DNA of 57,672 nt, counting the filler, from Circinaria calcarea (lineage: Eukaryota): assembly GCA_051942165.1 (NCBI GenBank). It is 4 parts of 4 records of this genome, joined end to end, with 100 filler letters (N's around TTAATTAATTAA, not from the genome) between each part and the next. Parts side by side here need not be neighbours in the genome. Positions count along the whole stretch, not along the records: positions 14,453 to 28,799 come from JAVECS010000439.1; positions 28,900 to 43,236 come from JAVECS010000440.1; 2 more parts are not named here. One strand, written 5' to 3'. The position numbers were made by a program, and so were the translations under genes. A model generated the notes under the pieces. The model saw only the letters and a program-made list of their open reading frames with translations, did not search any database and was not told the DNA's origin. This document shows positions 27,961-39,140 of the stretch, piece by piece (the first letter of the stretch is position 1; each line of letters opens with the position of its first letter).

Positions 27961-28799
27961 GGTTGGAAAAGCACTCTCCTCCAATGTACATAACCTTTTC
28001 TGATGTCGATATTCTGAGCTTGCCCGGTCCCAGTCCATTATTGTACTTCATTGCAGGACTTGCTTCCTTTCCTATATTTTAGATACCACACAAATCTCTC
28101 ACCTTGACTTTCCTCTCCTTTGTTGGCGGCGGCGCTGGAGGCGTTGGAGGTTTGCTGCCATTCGGTGGAACTATTTGGGACATTCTTGGCTGGCTTATAC
28201 TTGATTGATCGCTGGCCTGAGTTGCAGTCAGATGGAGTGGTAGGTGTGTCCTGTTAAGAGTGTACTTGGTAGAGGAAGATAGAAACAACGTCATTGCTGC
28301 CGTGAGCTTGCTTGAAGATCGCTTGACGTGATTGAGTGTACGGTAGATTAATCGAATAGGTTTTTCCACTCACCAATTGCGATCAGATTGCCCCATACAC
28401 AGCTTTGTGATGGAGTGTCAGATCATGCCCCAACTCCAGACTATCATTTTAGTCAATAAAACTCATCTCCTGAGCCTAATTCTACAAATGTATCCTGCGG
28501 GTTTTTCTTTTCTTCTACACTAACCTAATGTAATGAATTCGAATTTAAAAGGGGAGAGGGGGGGGAGGCCTTGTGGAAAACCAACAAACGGGGAATTTTT
28601 TTTTGGGAATGTTATATTTATTATAAGAATCTTTATGCTTTGCAACATACACAGTACGAACCATAAACTCCCAGAGAACTGGGGTCCATCCCGGTTTCGC
28701 TCTGTTACTACCACTACACTACACAAAGCTTTTGAGATCGGGCTGGCTGGGCTGATTTAGTAGTTTAATTGGGGTTTGGGGTGAGGTGGGGTGGAGTGG

Positions 28800-28899
28800 N
28801 NNNNNNNNNNNNNNNNNNNNNNNNNNNNNNNNNNNNNNNNNNNTTAATTAATTAANNNNNNNNNNNNNNNNNNNNNNNNNNNNNNNNNNNNNNNNNNNN
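28800..28899. other. Artificial contig linker
   Basis: N44-TTAATTAATTAA-N44. Confidence 0.99.
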
Positions 28900-28953
28900 G
28901 ATTATTCAAACGCAGCTATCCCCAGCTTCATTTGCACCGATAAACTCGGCGGC

Positions 28954-29948
28954 ATGAATTCCATAGATCCTACAGCGGCGATATTGCTTGGAGATCCCTA
29001 CGACTTCGAAAGGGAGAACAAAGATGACAATTCATACTCCATTACTGACAGTCAAACGACATTTGATACCCAGCTTCAACAGTTGCATTTCGATACAATT
29101 AGGCAAGCTCCAACAACCTGCGATAGAGCGCCCAATGGAATGGCTAGTAACGTCAAGAAAGCCCTTGCTATAGCGCAGTCACCATTGCCCACTGTCAGTT
29201 TGCCTGTCAATCCTGGCGATTTATGCTCGCGGCAATCTAGAGTGCACGTTGGGTCGTCGACAGAAGCACCAGACCCATTTTGGCCTCATTCCTCGGTTAA
29301 CCTTGACACTCTTTCTATAAGCTCTCGAGAAGCTTTGTTGCAAGCTTGGCCGCAAAATCAGCAATATGGTCGTCCGCAGGACTCTCCCCGAGTTTCGCTT
29401 GATTCGCAAGACAACGGCACGGCAGAGAAACCAGGACCATCTGACACGGCAGAGGTTGCTGGGAAAGCAAGCGTACGAGAGAGATCACGTTGCAATTCCC
29501 ATCGTTCTGACCAGGATCATTTTCTTGTTAGGTCCAAACTTTCCGGTATGTCCTACAAGGAAATCAAAGCCCAGGGTCATTTCAAAGAAGCCGAGTCGAC
29601 ACTCCGGGGTAGATTTAGGACTCTAACGAAAAGTAGGGAGCGTCGGCTCAGGAAGCCACACTGGCACGACAGAGATGTGAGCTTCGGTGCAAAAGCTCCC
29701 AATCTAGTATTATACGATTTACTGACTGGGTACAGATCGAGATGCTCCGGAGGGCAGTCGCCGAGTATAGTGGGAGAGGAAAGGATGTTACATCACTGAC
29801 TCCTCCGGTTAGTCAGAAGGACGGATTGGAGGGGCCGAAGATTCCATGGAAACACGTCGCCGAATACGTAGCCCGGCATGGTACCTATCATTTCGGAAAT
29901 GCAACTTGTCGTAAAAAGTGGAACGAGATTTGCGGGTCGGATCCTTGA
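28954..29948 (+). CDS. Fungal Myb/HTH-like domain protein (5' end possibly before the contig start)
   Basis: FLVRSKLSGMSYKEIK..EAESTLRGRFRTLTK..RKPHW, an intron about 29677-29734, then MLRRAV..KIPWKHVAEYV..YHFGNATCRKKW. Confidence 0.75.
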
Positions 29949-31100
29949 GGAAAAGCATCTGCTTCAAGCTTGAACTTTGGGAGGCGTAGCAATACTATCT
30001 GCATTGGCTCGCACGTTGTACTACTTTTATATCAAGCTACCGTATCATGTGCAGATTGTCCTTGGCTTAGCATTCCCAACTCATATCTGCTTGGATGTAA
30101 TTCGTTTGATGAGAGGATTTCCTCTTATTGATTCACCCGGAAGGCTTGAGAAAATCAACAACTCAAGCGAAGCTGATAAAGAAAGGACATCGTCGCATAG
30201 GGGTGGGTGAGCACGAGAAGAATTGAAAGAACATCTCGTTCTTATTGCCCGTGAGTGCAGTCTCTATGGCACGTTGTAAGGTTTCTCGACCCCCAAACGC
30301 TTAACATTAAACTAATGAGACGTGCAACAGTTCTAGTGGCTGAGTAGAAGTCGCCGCCGAGGGTGATATTATGATAGTTAAGGGGCTCCCATGTACGAGT
30401 TGTATCTCGTCAATTGTTGTCAAACCTTGAGTGTTCAGAACTTCGCTGCAACAGACTTGACCTGTAGCGTAGCATGTACAGGGTAAACCACATACACTGA
30501 TTGTCTTTTGTCGGCAACAACTTATGCACCCCGCCTCGGTTAAGACTTTCAATGTATTAATGAGCTGATATCTGTTGCCATAAGATCTATTGTACTGGTG
30601 GCATGCGTACAGCACCTTCACTGCTATAATAGTCAGACGCGAAACCGCAACAGACTCTCAAATTCTCCTCTCTAATGAGAAGATCTCAGATCTGCCGTAT
30701 CTACGTCTTAGGGTAAGAGTTTAGGATTGTGAACTATCTCGTCCTATATTTCCACATATACAAGGCTCCTCTCCGATATTTATTAATAGAAATTGCAGGC
30801 TTTCAGGGGATTTATATTCCTTAATGTTCTCGTTTGGTCCCATTAATCGACTGACTTTCAAATACGCGACCATCAATGATTATGCTATTTATTCCATCTG
30901 GATTCTAAAATTATTTGTTTCTTAAGCGAGATTCCTTGATATTAATAGCATATCGGACACGAATCGGTCGTTACGCCCGAGATGCCCGCCATAGTCTGAT
31001 CTTGTGGATGACGCAAGCCGAGAAGGACCGCTGATATGCACAGAGACACCCCGACCAACATTGTGTCCGGGTTTGAGTAAAAATCGAGGCCAACTATTCT

Positions 31101-31980
31101 ATGGCGTTGCCGAGCCTGGTAACACCAGCGCTGCTGACATTAATCCGCGGACAACCGCAACTCCCAGCGCACTCGTGGTATTTCATTGCCGGTGTGACAC
31201 TATCTGTCTTGAATCGGCCGGATGAAATAGCGAAGGTCTTCAAGCATGCAATCGAGGGAGGACCCGGCTCGCTGGAGAAGAAACCGGAACCCGAAGAGCA
31301 GTTACAGATTGCGCGCAGGATGCGCGAAGCACTGGTGAAAGCGGCTCCTATAGGGGGGCTACCTAAGGTATATCTGCTCTCGCTCTTCCTACACTCGAGG
31401 CACTCCTTTGCATATTTACGAACGTAAAATTCAGGCAATCAATGCCCTGTTCGCATTGAAAGACGCTACGCCCCAATCATTACTTGATGAACCGCTGGGT
31501 TATTCTCCCACCGCTAGACCGGTCGAAGTCTATGACACTCCCTCTTCTACAATCTTGCATCGCGGTCAGACCTTTTTTGACAAAATATACGGGAAAGTGT
31601 CCAAACGAGTAATGGGGCAGATGGACCGGTCGGGCACCGAGGATTTAGGCCTTACAGCCAGACTAATGTACGGCTATATTTTGAGCAACACGAGTGTGTT
31701 GACGGCCGCGGAGAGTAGTTATGTGCTGCTGGCAGGTCTCATACCCCAAGATGTGAGCTACGGAGACGAGAGGTTGTGTTGAAAACTGCTGATGCCCCTT
31801 AAGGTCAACCCACAATTGAAGGGTCACCTGAAGGGAGCAGTGAACAACGGTGCTACCGTCGAAGAGGTCAAGGCAGTCCGAGAAGTAATACTTCGAATAT
31901 GTGAAGCTTCGGGGATGACAAGAATCGAAGGTACGGGGCTTGGTGGATGGGGTTGGAGGGGGAGGGTTGCTAATCTATAG
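31101..31980 (+). CDS. AhpD/carboxymuconolactone decarboxylase-like protein (Pxp2-like)
   Basis: Three exons: RMREALVKAAPIGGLPK|AINALFALK..RGQTFFDKIYGKV..LIPQD|VNPQLKGHLKGAVNNGATVEEV; ends ANL*. Confidence 0.85.
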
Positions 31981-34900
31981 TTGCGCTGTATGATCTTACT
32001 GTTGAGGCTTCCCATTACTTCCCGACGCCTTCGACGCCCCGTTAGACCGCTCGAGTAGCGCGTGTCTGTGGTTGACAGTCGGTTATATATAATATCTGGC
32101 AACGTAGTGCGGAACAAACCAGCTCTTTGTTCAAGTGCCTAAGCTGGATACAACAAAGTTATGTGGGAAAAAGATGGACTTAGCATAAACATGATCCATC
32201 TCAATTTCAGAATTATCAAGTATCACACTAGATCCTACACTTTCTCCCTATTTGGGTGGGCCCGAGGTATTGTAAGAATTTTGCGATTGGTAAGAGAAAC
32301 TGACGTTGTAATGCTCTGATGAAGGCCCAAAAAAAAGGGTATCGACATGTATTCCTCGCCTCCTTCTCGCCTCTGGCCTAAGATCATGTAAGCAAGTCTA
32401 CGCCCCTGGAATCCTCTGGGGCGAAATTGACCAAAAAGTATGTGAATACGGAGAGATGGTTATGTCGACAAGCCGCAGTCACTCTGAGTCAATGCTCGAC
32501 ATGAAAGAAATTAGCCTCTGGTGCATGACGCACCAAGAAGAGATTGTATCGGCAACCGCCATCTTGGCCGATTCTGCAGTCATTCAGTCATTTCTGTCTG
32601 TGGCTCACTAGGCGTGGCCGTACTTCCATGGTCCTGTTAATGCGTCTCAAACTCCGGACGAGTGTCCTGGTTAAGCAGAAGTCATTGTTGAGAGTGACAG
32701 CATTGACATTCGGTGGACCCCCTCCTGCAAAGAGCTGCATTCCCTTATGTGTCACGAGCATTTAGGCGTACCAAAGTTGAGATATATCTCAAATATCCAA
32801 TCACTACTCGGTAGACAGTGAGACCCTTGATACGATCATTGTTCGCCAGCGATAATGACTTTTGCACACCGGCCCCGTATGAGTGCGCCTGTAAAATAGG
32901 CCTACCGTGAGGTTGTGCAGCCAAACACAGTCGGAGAATTTGCCGAATGCAGCATACTGCGCTTGGTACCCTAAGCCTTAGACTAAGCCCTTTGAAATTG
33001 CATCATGCATGGCTGCCTCCCTAGCGCCAATCTTGTTCACCGACACAAATTTCCCACCGCCTCACCCACACTGCAAGTATTTGCACGATTATTGCATCTT
33101 CAAACGCGGTGAGAGAGGCTGCCATGGCCATTCTTTCAAACCTTCCCATACTAGATCCATTTATACGGCGGGTTCAGATGAATCAAGATTCTGGCCTTGA
33201 CCGTCTGATACTATTCCGACCTAAGCCTCACCTCCGAAGAAGACGGCTTCGACGCAATCGGGTGAGTCTCCCTATCGCAATGGAAGTTGCCGATCTGCCA
33301 TGTGGTCGCTGTTTGATCATCGAGGCACACGGGGTCTACGAGCATGCGATGCCTCTGCTGGATTGGTGAAACGAGAGGATGCTTGTGCCACATGTTGGTT
33401 CGTCATCAGTGCCATACCCGAACGTAATAATCTGACCCCGGCCCTACACAGAACACACACCTTATCCAACGTTGCTTCCAAGGAATTGTGCGTTTTGAAG
33501 CTCGGTTTCTACACTCAGAGTAGACATAGGTGATGGGTACGGAGTACGAAACACCGTGATATCTCAATCGTCTCCCATCACCAACGATTAATGCACCGAC
33601 CTCGGTAGCGCGTGCCACTCTACTAAACCTGCCCTGTGTGGGATAGCCTTATGGCGAGACCAAGGAGACACGGCCCATAGCTCAAACGGATATACTCAAC
33701 GGCGGCTGTCCTGCGCGAAATTATGGTTTCCACGTGTAGGATCGTCTCACCCGTACCGACACCGTGGTTCATTGCATCGAGTCTGACAGGGACAAGTGAA
33801 CACGGAACGAAAGGATCGCAGCCATGTGCTTTGAAATTCCACGGGGACTTCCCTGACTCGGCCCGCTCACTGGCTGCCAAGCTGCTCGCCTATCACCATG
33901 TGCACATCCTCATTACTCGAAATGAAGCGGATTCGCCATAACGTCTTGTACGCCGACGGAGTACGGACGGAGTATGAAACCAAGTCCACTCTCGTATTGC
34001 CTGCATCATTCCCTGAACCTAAACATCATGCAGACTGTGAGCTACCTGCCTTTGACTGGTACTTGTAGGCCAAGGTTCTGGACAGCAACCAATGCTTTCC
34101 GGGACAGACTTGCCTGTCCCAGAGTTGTATATCAGTGTACGCCTGCATATTGCGCGTAGATGGGCCTCTGGCGACACGCTATAATTATCGTCATTATGGA
34201 GCATGGGATGCTGACCACTCCTGCTTGGGTCGATGAATGGAACAAAGAAACGATCACAGAGGTCCCCACAATCGGGCTTCAGTCACACTGCTGTCTGGAG
34301 TGTTTAAAATCGTCGTAGGTTATCATCACCCTCGACGGCGGTGTGTCTGCACTCATGGCGACAAGGGCCCGTGAGATTTAAATTGGTGGGAATGTGGGAT
34401 AACGGAGCCAGGGTCTCCACGAATAGCAGCACAGGCTTTCACTGCCTCCCCGGAGCCGGCTGTTATTAAAATCTCACCGACTGCGTTTGGCGAACCACTG
34501 AGGGCGCGGGTCGCATGCACCCTTTTGGCGCTCAGCCTTGCCGGAGTTCTGATTCGATCCTGAGCACGTCGAATACGGTGTACCAGGGTGGAAAGCTGCC
34601 CGGACGGGCCTAGTCAGGCTTGAAGTGAGCACCCATTCAGGCGGGTGGCAGGGATCTCTGACAGCACAAGGCATTTCCATTCACCGCCGCCCTCTTGCTA
34701 GGCTCCCGCTCAATTCTTGGACTCTTCCCCGCCAAAAGTGCACTGCTGTCTGCGACGGCAAGACACGACAGCGGTCTTGAAAAGGCGGTCCTCGGCTTGC
34801 TCGGCCAATTCGAGCATCGGGTCCTGCATGTCCCATAAGGCAAGATGCACCTCCCAGGATGCCATGTTACCGACTGGTGCCCTCCAAGCTTCCTGTACCA

Positions 34901-35489
34901 CTGGCTCCAGACTGCGCATGTGCTTCATCATCGACTGCCAAACTGTTGATATTCTTATAGCTGGCCGCCAGCCCTGGATTCCAGTCTCCATCATCACCCC
35001 CACTACCAGCACCAGCAGCAGCAACTTCAACCCCGAATCTCTCCTTACTACTTTGCAAGTGATGCTTGACTCCTCCGGTATTTGACATCCCTACCACACT
35101 CTCATTATTAAACATCGGATCCTTTGACCTGAGGTGCCGCTGTCGATCGCTGTGCGCAGGCTCTGCTTGAAACATTCGATCGTCAGCTGTCTTGTTATCA
35201 CCAAAGTCTCTTCTGCTCGCACGACCCCGGTTTCATGGTCTTGGACAGTCTACTCCCTCCTATTCCACAGCAACTTGCCTAATCCCGCCGCACCGTATCA
35301 GCTCCTCGGTTCAGCCGCAGAGGTATGCTTGTGGTCCTTGTCTCCTGTCAGAATCTCTCGAGTGTTCCCATGCGAGACCTCTCGATTGTAGATCCCAGTC
35401 TTACTAATCGAACCGCAAGTACAGTTTTCCTGTGCCCGCATCCGGCCACTACTTTGCTGGCCCAGTGGGCAGACTCGTAGAAATAGGGT

Positions 35490-37839
35490 ATGGCGGTGGT
35501 CCAACCTGCGCTTAGCGACTTCGTCCTCTTTCCCCAAGAGCAGTCCTTCTTCGACATGTCAGACGAACGTGCCGACGAGACATTTGCCAACTTTCCTTTT
35601 AATATGGATCAAGACATTCACCAAGGCTTTTTGGATCTGACCGGCACTACTTTTGCTTCCTACCCAGCTAATGCTGCCTATTCGTCGCTCCCAGGCCCGT
35701 TTTACGACACTCCACATCTTGTTGTCGAAGGCCCCAAAGACTCTTCTAGGCAGCTTCAGCATCCGAGCTACACACCTTCTGCATCGCCATCAACTTCAAT
35801 GTCGCATTCCCTGGACCAGCCTCCGTCGACCCTCTCGTCTGCCTCTTGTGCGTCAATCCAAAGCACAGCCTCTTCAGCGGTTGGCTCGCCATACTCCCAC
35901 GCCACGCACAGCCTTCCTGGGCCAGATCAATGCATGGACCAAAACCATGGATTAGGTATCGCACCGGGCATCCTCCAAAGCGAAGGCTATCGTCATGACA
36001 CATATCCAATGCCGGCAATGGGGAACGATCAGGTAATCTTTGATCAGGACAAATTCACGGGAAGCTTTGTTGGTGAGTTGCGAGACGTTTCTTCCACGTT
36101 CATCTCTCCGAGTCCTACCATGAATTCTCCTATTTCTTCTTCTTCAGAATCTCAATCTTTCGTATCAAATACATTATCTTCTCCCTCCTTGGCCCACGAG
36201 ACCTCTGTGGGAGTACGCCATATTACTATCGATACTATTCTTGAAGAGGTCAATGGGAGCGTCGGATGCCCTGGGAGTTTGATATCCCCTGAATCCGCCA
36301 TATCTTCCGTGAACGCTTCGCCAAAAGCATATCACCAATCTCTCACGTCCAGATCTCCAGGCAAAGATCCGCGAAGTTTCAGATCCCCTTCGAATCCTGC
36401 CTCTGCCATGTCTCTGTCTGGCCAGGCTGCGGCATCAACGTTTGGTATGCGGCGACCAGACTCGCGTACAGGGACAACGGGGACTGTTGACCGTCCAACG
36501 GATCAGAGCCACCCTTCCGTCAACAGTAGGCCATACTCGTATGCTCGACCAACAGCACACAACCCGAATATTCTACCCCAGGCTCCAGGGGTTCAGTTTC
36601 GATCCAACTTCTTTAAACAAAGCAGCGGTAGATTTGTTGCTCCACTTGAATCATCTTGTTGGTTTTCCTTGAACTTCCATTCCTTTCTAGTTTCAGTTCC
36701 TTATCAAGTAGCTCATTCTACATCTACATGTCTGGTTTATCGAAATCGTACAGAATCATGCTGACATCAGCGGCGCCATCATAGACCCTTCCCTGATTCA
36801 GCCCACTTTTGATACACCTGTTACATACAATACAACGGCAGCACCGTACCCTGGCATGATTCATGTCTTCCACCCACCTTCACACATGTTTCATCCGCCT
36901 TCCCCAGCTCCATCAGATGAATCCAGCCAGGACTCTCACCGAACGGGCTCCAGTCGGTTCAGAAATCGCCATTCATCTCCTTATTTGCGATCTGCTACAT
37001 ATCACCCATATCCTCCGACCTCGGAAAGGCGCCGCTTGTCGATGAGCTCGGTCCATTCAAGATACTCCCAGGACAGTCCGCGATCTGTCAGTGTTGGGTA
37101 CGAGGAAGAGGGTAAAGAAAGAGGTCGCTGCCCGAACCCTGATTGCAACAAACTCTTCAAGGATCTTAGAGCCCACATGCTTACACATCAATCCGAGAGG
37201 CCAGAAAAATGCCCCATCGTGACCTGTGAGTACCATCAAAAGGGCTTCGCCCGAAAATACGATAAACAGCGCCATACTTTGACGCACTACAAGGGCACCA
37301 TGGTCTGCGGATTCTGTCCAGGCTCGGGATCAGCAGCAGAGAAAAGTTTTAACCGCGCCGATGTGTTCAAGCGGCACCTTACTTCTGTCCATGGGGTCGA
37401 GCAATCGCAGCAAAATAGCCGAAAAAAGAGCCCTTCCTCGACCTCAGCAAAGAAAAACACTAGTTACCCAAGCAACTCTACAGGAAAATGTTCCACTTGC
37501 TCGGCAACCTTCAGTAACGCCCAGGAGTTCTACGAGCATCTGGACGAGTGTGTTTTACGGGTTGTACAGCAGGAAGAGCCGAGTGAGGCTATCAACGAAC
37601 GTCGCCTTGCCGAAGTGGCGAGTGATCAAGCAGTTCAGGAGACCTTAGGTCGCCATATGCTTCCAACCGGGCTCGACCACAATTTACAATCGGAGACAAG
37701 TTTCGAGGAAGACGAGGAAGACGAGGAAGAAGATGAGGCTCAAGAAATCATCGACGATGAAGGATTAATAGAATATGGCAACATGAATCATCGGTCGGGC
37801 AACAGCGTGGTCAAATCCAGTAAGCGAGATTCCAGTTGA
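35490..37839 (+). CDS. C2H2 zinc-finger transcription factor (isoform ending at the first stop)
   Basis: Ser-rich N-terminal exon, intron to the acceptor at 36784, then fingers CPNPDC..HMLTH, CPIVTC..HTLTH, CGFC..HLTSVH and CSTC..HLDEC. Confidence 0.92.
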
Positions 37840-38256
37840 CAATTAGCACATTCCCGGGGTGTCAATCTGCACGCCGGGAATGGCAACTCAATAACAAAAC
37901 ATTGCCGCAATGGCTCTGGGGCGCGGGGCCTTACCCGTTCCAAGGGGGGTGTGCCGCTCCTGGCCGGCAAGGGTCGGAAGAAGAGAAAGCACTACCCCGC
38001 CTCCTGGGGTTGCCCTATGGAGAAGATGAAGATGAAGAAGCGGGTGTTGTGCGTCTATGACGGTCAAAGGCGCCTATGGAAGGACGAGATGATGCTCGAC
38101 AACGAGTTTGAAGTGCGGTTGCGCCTGGGTGAGGGTAATTCTTACGTTACAGATCTGGATGTGATGACGGTGAACCGGGCCGAGGCTTTCCACCATGCTA
38201 CGGAAGCAGAGAAGGGACCTTGGGTTCCAGATGACATTGAAAATCGCTTGGTCTGA
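37840..38256 (+). CDS. In-frame C-terminal extension of the C2H2 TF beyond TGA (138 aa)
   Basis: Same frame as 36856-37839 with no stop until 38254-38256. Protein-like sequence GRKKRKHYPASWGC..MKKRVLCVYDGQRRLWKDEMMLDNEFEVRL..YVTDLDV..EKGPW. Confidence 0.8.
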   Translation, partial: QLAHSRGVNLHAGNGNSITKHCRNGSGARGLTRSKGGVPLLAGKGRKKRKHYPASWGCPMEKMKMKKRVLCVYDGQRRLWKDEMMLDNEFEVRLRLGEGNSYVTDLDVMTVNRAEAFHHATEAEKGPWVPDDIENRLV

Positions 38257-39140
38257 GTGCCCGTGGGGACATAGGGGTTGCGCGTTTTACTGCTAGGTGC
38301 TCGCTTCCCGCTGCCAGCGTGTTCTAGCGATGCCCGGGCTAGGATGGCGCTCCCACTCATTATGAACTTACGGCTGTCACCCAGGAATTTTGGGAGGATC
38401 GGCTACGCCATGAGCATGATGTGTGGTGACTTGCACCTCTTTTGCAATAGTTGTGTAATGTATTGTGTTTATTAGGCTCCGAGAGTGTTGGTGCTGGTCA
38501 CTAGAATTAGAAAAAAAGTCGTCGGCCCTTTCGATGTGGATTCATTCGGAGGCGGTACGCTTCCCAAAATTTGGGTATCCACTATAACCATTTTTTTTTT
38601 AAATATCACCGCTCCCACGATATGAATCCCTTAACGGCACGGTTGTTGTCGGATTCGATGAAACAGACTCATCAGTCCCTGTGCCTGGCGGTTTGGGCGG
38701 CGACTAGGAGAAGCAACCACCAATTAGGCCGCGGCTCTCAACGTCAACATTACAGCACGAGAGTGGATCTTCATACTATGTGCCTGCAGTCCCATATCAC
38801 TAGCCCCCCACGTGGAATGATAAAAAAACGTGATACATAAACTCGGGTGGCCGTCGGGCCTAAAGTTTGTGATGACCCTCTAGATACAGGGACGCAGTAG
38901 CCTAACTATTACGTGATTAATTAGAGGCCATGGAGTATGTGTGTCGCGTACTCCGTATTTTTGGTCACCCCGCGTGCCCCCCGCAGTAAAAGCTGAGGGT
39001 AAATCATAACGAGTCGGGACTCGGGAAAGACCTCGGCAGTTATGACGTACTCCGTAAGACAGGATGCCATCCTGGCACCAAACAGTCAGGCCTACCTTTC
39101 GGAGTAATACCACGAAACAACCTTGGGTCCTGTCCTGATC

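Noticed and set aside
28079..28183. Short Pro-rich ORF ending DLCGI, considered as a CaaX pheromone precursor
   Set aside because: The Cys is third from the end rather than fourth, so it is not a CaaX box, and there is no other support.
37837..37839. A-to-I editing of the TF stop to Trp
   Set aside because: Fungal sexual-stage editing prefers U at -1 (UAG stops). Here the A follows G, and the CAATTA context plus hairpin fit readthrough better. Not fully excluded.
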